From IMG/VR virus record IMGVR_UViG_3300038758_000056: DNA of 44,187 nt; one strand, written 5' to 3'. Source of the DNA: a virus. Under the pieces are notes generated by a model. It worked only from the letters and a program-made list of their open reading frames with translations, made no database searches and had not been told where the DNA came from. The position numbers and the translations under genes were made by a program. Shown here piece by piece: positions 41,739-44,187 of the stretch; position 1 is the first letter of the stretch; each line of letters begins with the position of its first letter.

Positions 41739-41858
41739 CTACAACACAAACACCTGATAAGCCATGCCACCGGCCAAAGTCCAGCAGAGAAGAATCACAA
41801 CCGTTAGAATCTTCTTAGCCTTGATTCCGTTTGCTCGTGCTTGCCAGTTGGTTTTCAT
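41739..41858 (-). CDS. Small membrane protein, 39 aa
   Basis: Manual translation MKTNWQARANGIKAKKILTVVILLCWTLAGGMAYQVFVL. Confidence 0.4.
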   Translation of the reverse strand: MKTNWQARANGIKAKKILTVVILLCWTLAGGMAYQVFVL

Positions 41859-41918
41859 TTCAGCGTAAGTTCTTCACCCGTTAAAGCGTGGTAAAGGTTC
41901 TGGAGTTGGTGGACGTGG

Positions 41919-42077
41919 TCAACAGGGTTTCTTATCTATGTAAATGAACTCTTTCATCGGTGCGGATTTGAATAACCTCTTATACCAAGGCTGCCTATAG
42001 AAGTCGATCACTTCTTTGTAATTTACAAGAGCGACAGGATGATCGTTGAGCCTAACCGTGTAAGATGTTGCTTTCAT
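41919..42077 (-). CDS. Hypothetical protein, 52 aa
   Basis: Manual translation MKATSYTVRLNDHPVALVNYKEVIDFYRQPWYKRLFKSAPMKEFIYIDKKPC. ATGA overlap with the upstream gene. Confidence 0.4.
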   Translation of the reverse strand: MKATSYTVRLNDHPVALVNYKEVIDFYRQPWYKRLFKSAPMKEFIYIDKKPC

Positions 42078-42382
42078 ATTTCAAGTGCTTTTTCTATTCC
42101 TGCTATTAGTGCTTCGTTTCTTGTCTTACCATGTTTGAAATCAATAATAACAGGCAGTACCTCTGTCCTCTTTTCTATACACGTTGCAAATGAATCATCT
42201 TCCCCGCTATATTGAGCAGACACTACAAAGTCCCCCTCCACCTCCAACCACTCCACAACAAGCGCAGTCCGGCACGTCTCAGGCAGCATGTCAAACCATT
42301 CTTTCCTCTCACGTAGGTAGACGATATGCGGGTGCTTTAGCTTTCTAAGCCACTCGTAAAACTCTTTCGGTAGGTTGTTCAT
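42074..42382 (-). CDS. Hypothetical protein
   Basis: ORF in operon context. Confidence 0.6.
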   Translation of the reverse strand: MNNLPKEFYEWLRKLKHPHIVYLRERKEWFDMLPETCRTALVVEWLEVEGDFVVSAQYSGEDDSFATCIEKRTEVLPVIIDFKHGKTRNEALIAGIEKALEI

Positions 42383-42723
42383 CCTTCTGTCTTAGGTGGT
42401 TGGGGTAATGGTTGCCAATGGGTGCAGTCGTTGTTGCTACTTGACCATCCTGACCCGTTCCATTGTTCTGAGTGTTGTTTATTGCATCCCTGACGATAAA
42501 TCCAATACTTACCAGCTTTAGGTGGATGACTGTCTTTATCTTCCCATGAATATCTCACCCACTTCTTGGAGTCTTTCAGCCCTTCGATTTTCTTAACTGT
42601 GTTTATTGCCATGTTCATTGCGTCAACATATCCAAGATTATACTCGCCAGAATTGTCATTCGGCAATTCATGGGCTGTTTTCAGCTTCTCGAATAAAGCC
42701 TTTGCTTCGTGTGTCTTGCTCAT
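42379..42723 (-). CDS. DUF551-like protein
   Basis: C-terminus WNGSGWSSSNNDCTHWQPLPQPP resembles the DUF551 ending (..THWMPLP.PP). Confidence 0.45.
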   Translation of the reverse strand: MSKTHEAKALFEKLKTAHELPNDNSGEYNLGYVDAMNMAINTVKKIEGLKDSKKWVRYSWEDKDSHPPKAGKYWIYRQGCNKQHSEQWNGSGWSSSNNDCTHWQPLPQPPKTEG

Positions 42724-42863
42724 TGCTTTGTTTTTATCTCAACCCTTAGTCTACGCACCTCATCCCTAGCTAGTTGGTTTTTGCGCTGGAATATTTCGAG
42801 CGTGTCCTTTGTAGGGTTGTCAATCATTGCCTTTAATGCTTCTGAACTATCGTCTAGCAGCAT
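42720..42863 (-). CDS. Hypothetical protein, 47 aa
   Basis: Manual translation MLLDDSSEALKAMIDNPTKDTLEIFQRKNQLARDEVRRLRVEIKTKQ. ATGA overlap with the next gene. Confidence 0.4.
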   Translation of the reverse strand: MLLDDSSEALKAMIDNPTKDTLEIFQRKNQLARDEVRRLRVEIKTKQ

Positions 42864-42870
42864 ATTCAAA

Positions 42871-44187
42871 TTAGAAGTGTTCACTCTGGACATCTATTCT
42901 AGTGTTTTCTATTGGTGGTAAACTGTTTGGGTCATCGAATCTAGTACATTCCGCTTGAAAATCAAACTCAACATCCAATGTTGATCCATGTCTGTTCTTA
43001 GCTATTAATACAAATGCCTTCCCCACTTGGTCGCCTTCTTGGTAATACTCTGGCCGGAAAAGGAACTCAACCACGTCTGCATCCTGTTCAATCGCGCCTG
43101 ATTCTCTAAGGTCTGCCAAAACGGGACGGTTGCCGCTGCGGGTGTCTGAGTTTCGGTTCAACTGCGACAAAGCAATAACAGGAACTTGCAAGTCTTTAGC
43201 CATCATTTTTAGTGTTCGACTTATCTCACTTACCTCATTTTCCCTACTTCGTCCCCTCGCAACTGAGTGTTGAACCAGACCAATGTAGTCAATAAACACC
43301 GCGTCTAGTTGGCCTTTCATTTTCAGCTTCTTACACCGTGTTCGGATTCCTGACAATTGGTAAACATCGTCAATTATCATAAGGTTATCGCTTTGAACTC
43401 CTCCGCTTTGAGCGTTGAATATGCCCCATTGGTCTTTGGTTAGTAGTCCAGACCTTAAATCTTTGATCGGTATTCGGGTGTGAACGCTCACAAGCCTTTG
43501 CATCAATTCCTCCGCGCTCATTTCCAACGAAAAGAAAGCTACTCTGTAATTGTAGTCGAACGCCATGTGATAGGCTTCGCAAAGTGCGTTGGCAGTCTTA
43601 CCCATTGCGGGGCGACCCGCTTTAATTATCAAATGTGCTGGCTGTCTGCCTCCGTAAATAGTGTCCAGAATCTTGTAGCCTGTTCTTAGACCTGTAACCC
43701 CACCTTTTGTCATTGCCTTTTCCATCCGTTCGGATAGCGAAGCAACGAGCGCGGTATTAGTTTTAGGTTGGCTCATATCTGTCAGGCTGACGATGCGTTC
43801 AGTCTCTGACATTAGGTGGTTGTTCGTTTCTAGCGGGTCGTTAGCGTCATCAATCGCAAGGTTTGATATTTCGTAGCCTAGTTTCAGTTGCTCCCGTTGT
43901 ATCTCAATCTGCCTCAGCATCAGACAGTCCTCCGCGAATGTTCGGGAAGTACCGCCATCTGTTGTCAGTTTATAGACATCAACCTTCTCATTGGATCGGT
44001 TTATTTCCTGCTGGATTGATTCGAGCGATACGATTCTACCTTGCAGCGAAAGCGTTTCAAGTGCCTTGTACGTAACTTGGTTTTCTAGTTTGTAGAACGT
44101 CTCGAAGGATATTAACCCATTGCTTTCAACGTACAGGTCTGGGTTTAGCAGTAGTGAACCTATTACTTTCGCTTCTAGCCTTATGTT
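42871..44187 (-). CDS. dnaB: Replicative DNA helicase, DnaB family (5'-truncated by the window edge; full gene about 443 aa)
   Basis: Walker A GRPAMGKTANAL, Walker B-like AVFIDYIGLV, RecA-like C-terminal domain. The frame stays open upstream of the listed Met to the window end (checked codon by codon). Confidence 0.9.
   Translation of the reverse strand, partial: NIRLEAKVIGSLLLNPDLYVESNGLISFETFYKLENQVTYKALETLSLQGRIVSLESIQQEINRSNEKVDVYKLTTDGGTSRTFAEDCLMLRQIEIQREQLKLGYEISNLAIDDANDPLETNNHLMSETERIVSLTDMSQPKTNTALVASLSERMEKAMTKGGVTGLRTGYKILDTIYGGRQPAHLIIKAGRPAMGKTANALCEAYHMAFDYNYRVAFFSLEMSAEELMQRLVSVHTRIPIKDLRSGLLTKDQWGIFNAQSGGVQSDNLMIIDDVYQLSGIRTRCKKLKMKGQLDAVFIDYIGLVQHSVARGRSRENEVSEISRTLKMMAKDLQVPVIALSQLNRNSDTRSGNRPVLADLRESGAIEQDADVVEFLFRPEYYQEGDQVGKAFVLIAKNRHGSTLDVEFDFQAECTRFDDPNSLPPIENTRIDVQSEHF
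44097..44187. repeat. Terminal direct repeat, copy 2 (identical to 1..91)
   Basis: Same 91-nt string as 1..91; lies inside the dnaB-like reading frame. Confidence 0.95.

Overview
This window is a complete tailed-phage genome of about 44.1 kb, written as a linearised circle. Bases 1..91 recur exactly at 44097..44187, and a dnaB-like gene crosses that junction. It looks siphovirus-like: a 731-aa tape measure and a chaperone gene with a slippery T9 run. I saw no integrase, tRNA, CRISPR array or reverse transcriptase. Missing Shine-Dalgarno sequences, TAnnTTTG -7 boxes and DUF4373/DUF3127-type genes suggest a Bacteroidota (Flavobacteriia-like) host; this is inference.

Layout:
- Minus-strand early, replication and recombination module (42871..44187 plus 103..10008): DnaB, a DUF4373 protein, two DnaA-domain-IV-like proteins flanking an SNF2-helicase/DNA-methyltransferase fusion, NinG, a DUF3127 SSB-like protein, an ERF annealase and a metallophosphoesterase.
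- Plus-strand tail module (10183..20035).
- A block of four glycosyltransferase-like genes followed by a strongly punctuated structural gene (20861..24469).
- Plus-strand packaging, head and lysis module (27834..39682): a GT8-like gene coupled to TerL, portal, scaffold, capsid, LamG fibre, PAS-domain protein, holin and amidase.
- Three minus-strand accessory islands (20152..20739, 24585..27691, 39817..42863).

The most unusual signal is non-coding. The accessory islands are built from long imperfect palindromic intergenic units of the form YAAC - L arm - loop - L arm - GTTR. The outer arms of each unit are not complementary to each other. Each is complementary to the arm on the far side of the neighbouring gene. 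As a result, single genes, including two DNA methyltransferases and a possible dioxygenase, are bracketed by gene-specific 9-15 bp inverted repeats. The geometry resembles integron attC/cassette arrays or rRNA-like processing stalks, yet no recombinase is encoded.

Other points: a second AT-rich inverted repeat with a shared leader flanks two unrelated gene blocks; a twin promoter-operator pair; two ORF-free regions of about 0.4-0.5 kb; a candidate sRNA of about 70 nt; and -7 boxes placed for leaderless mRNAs.
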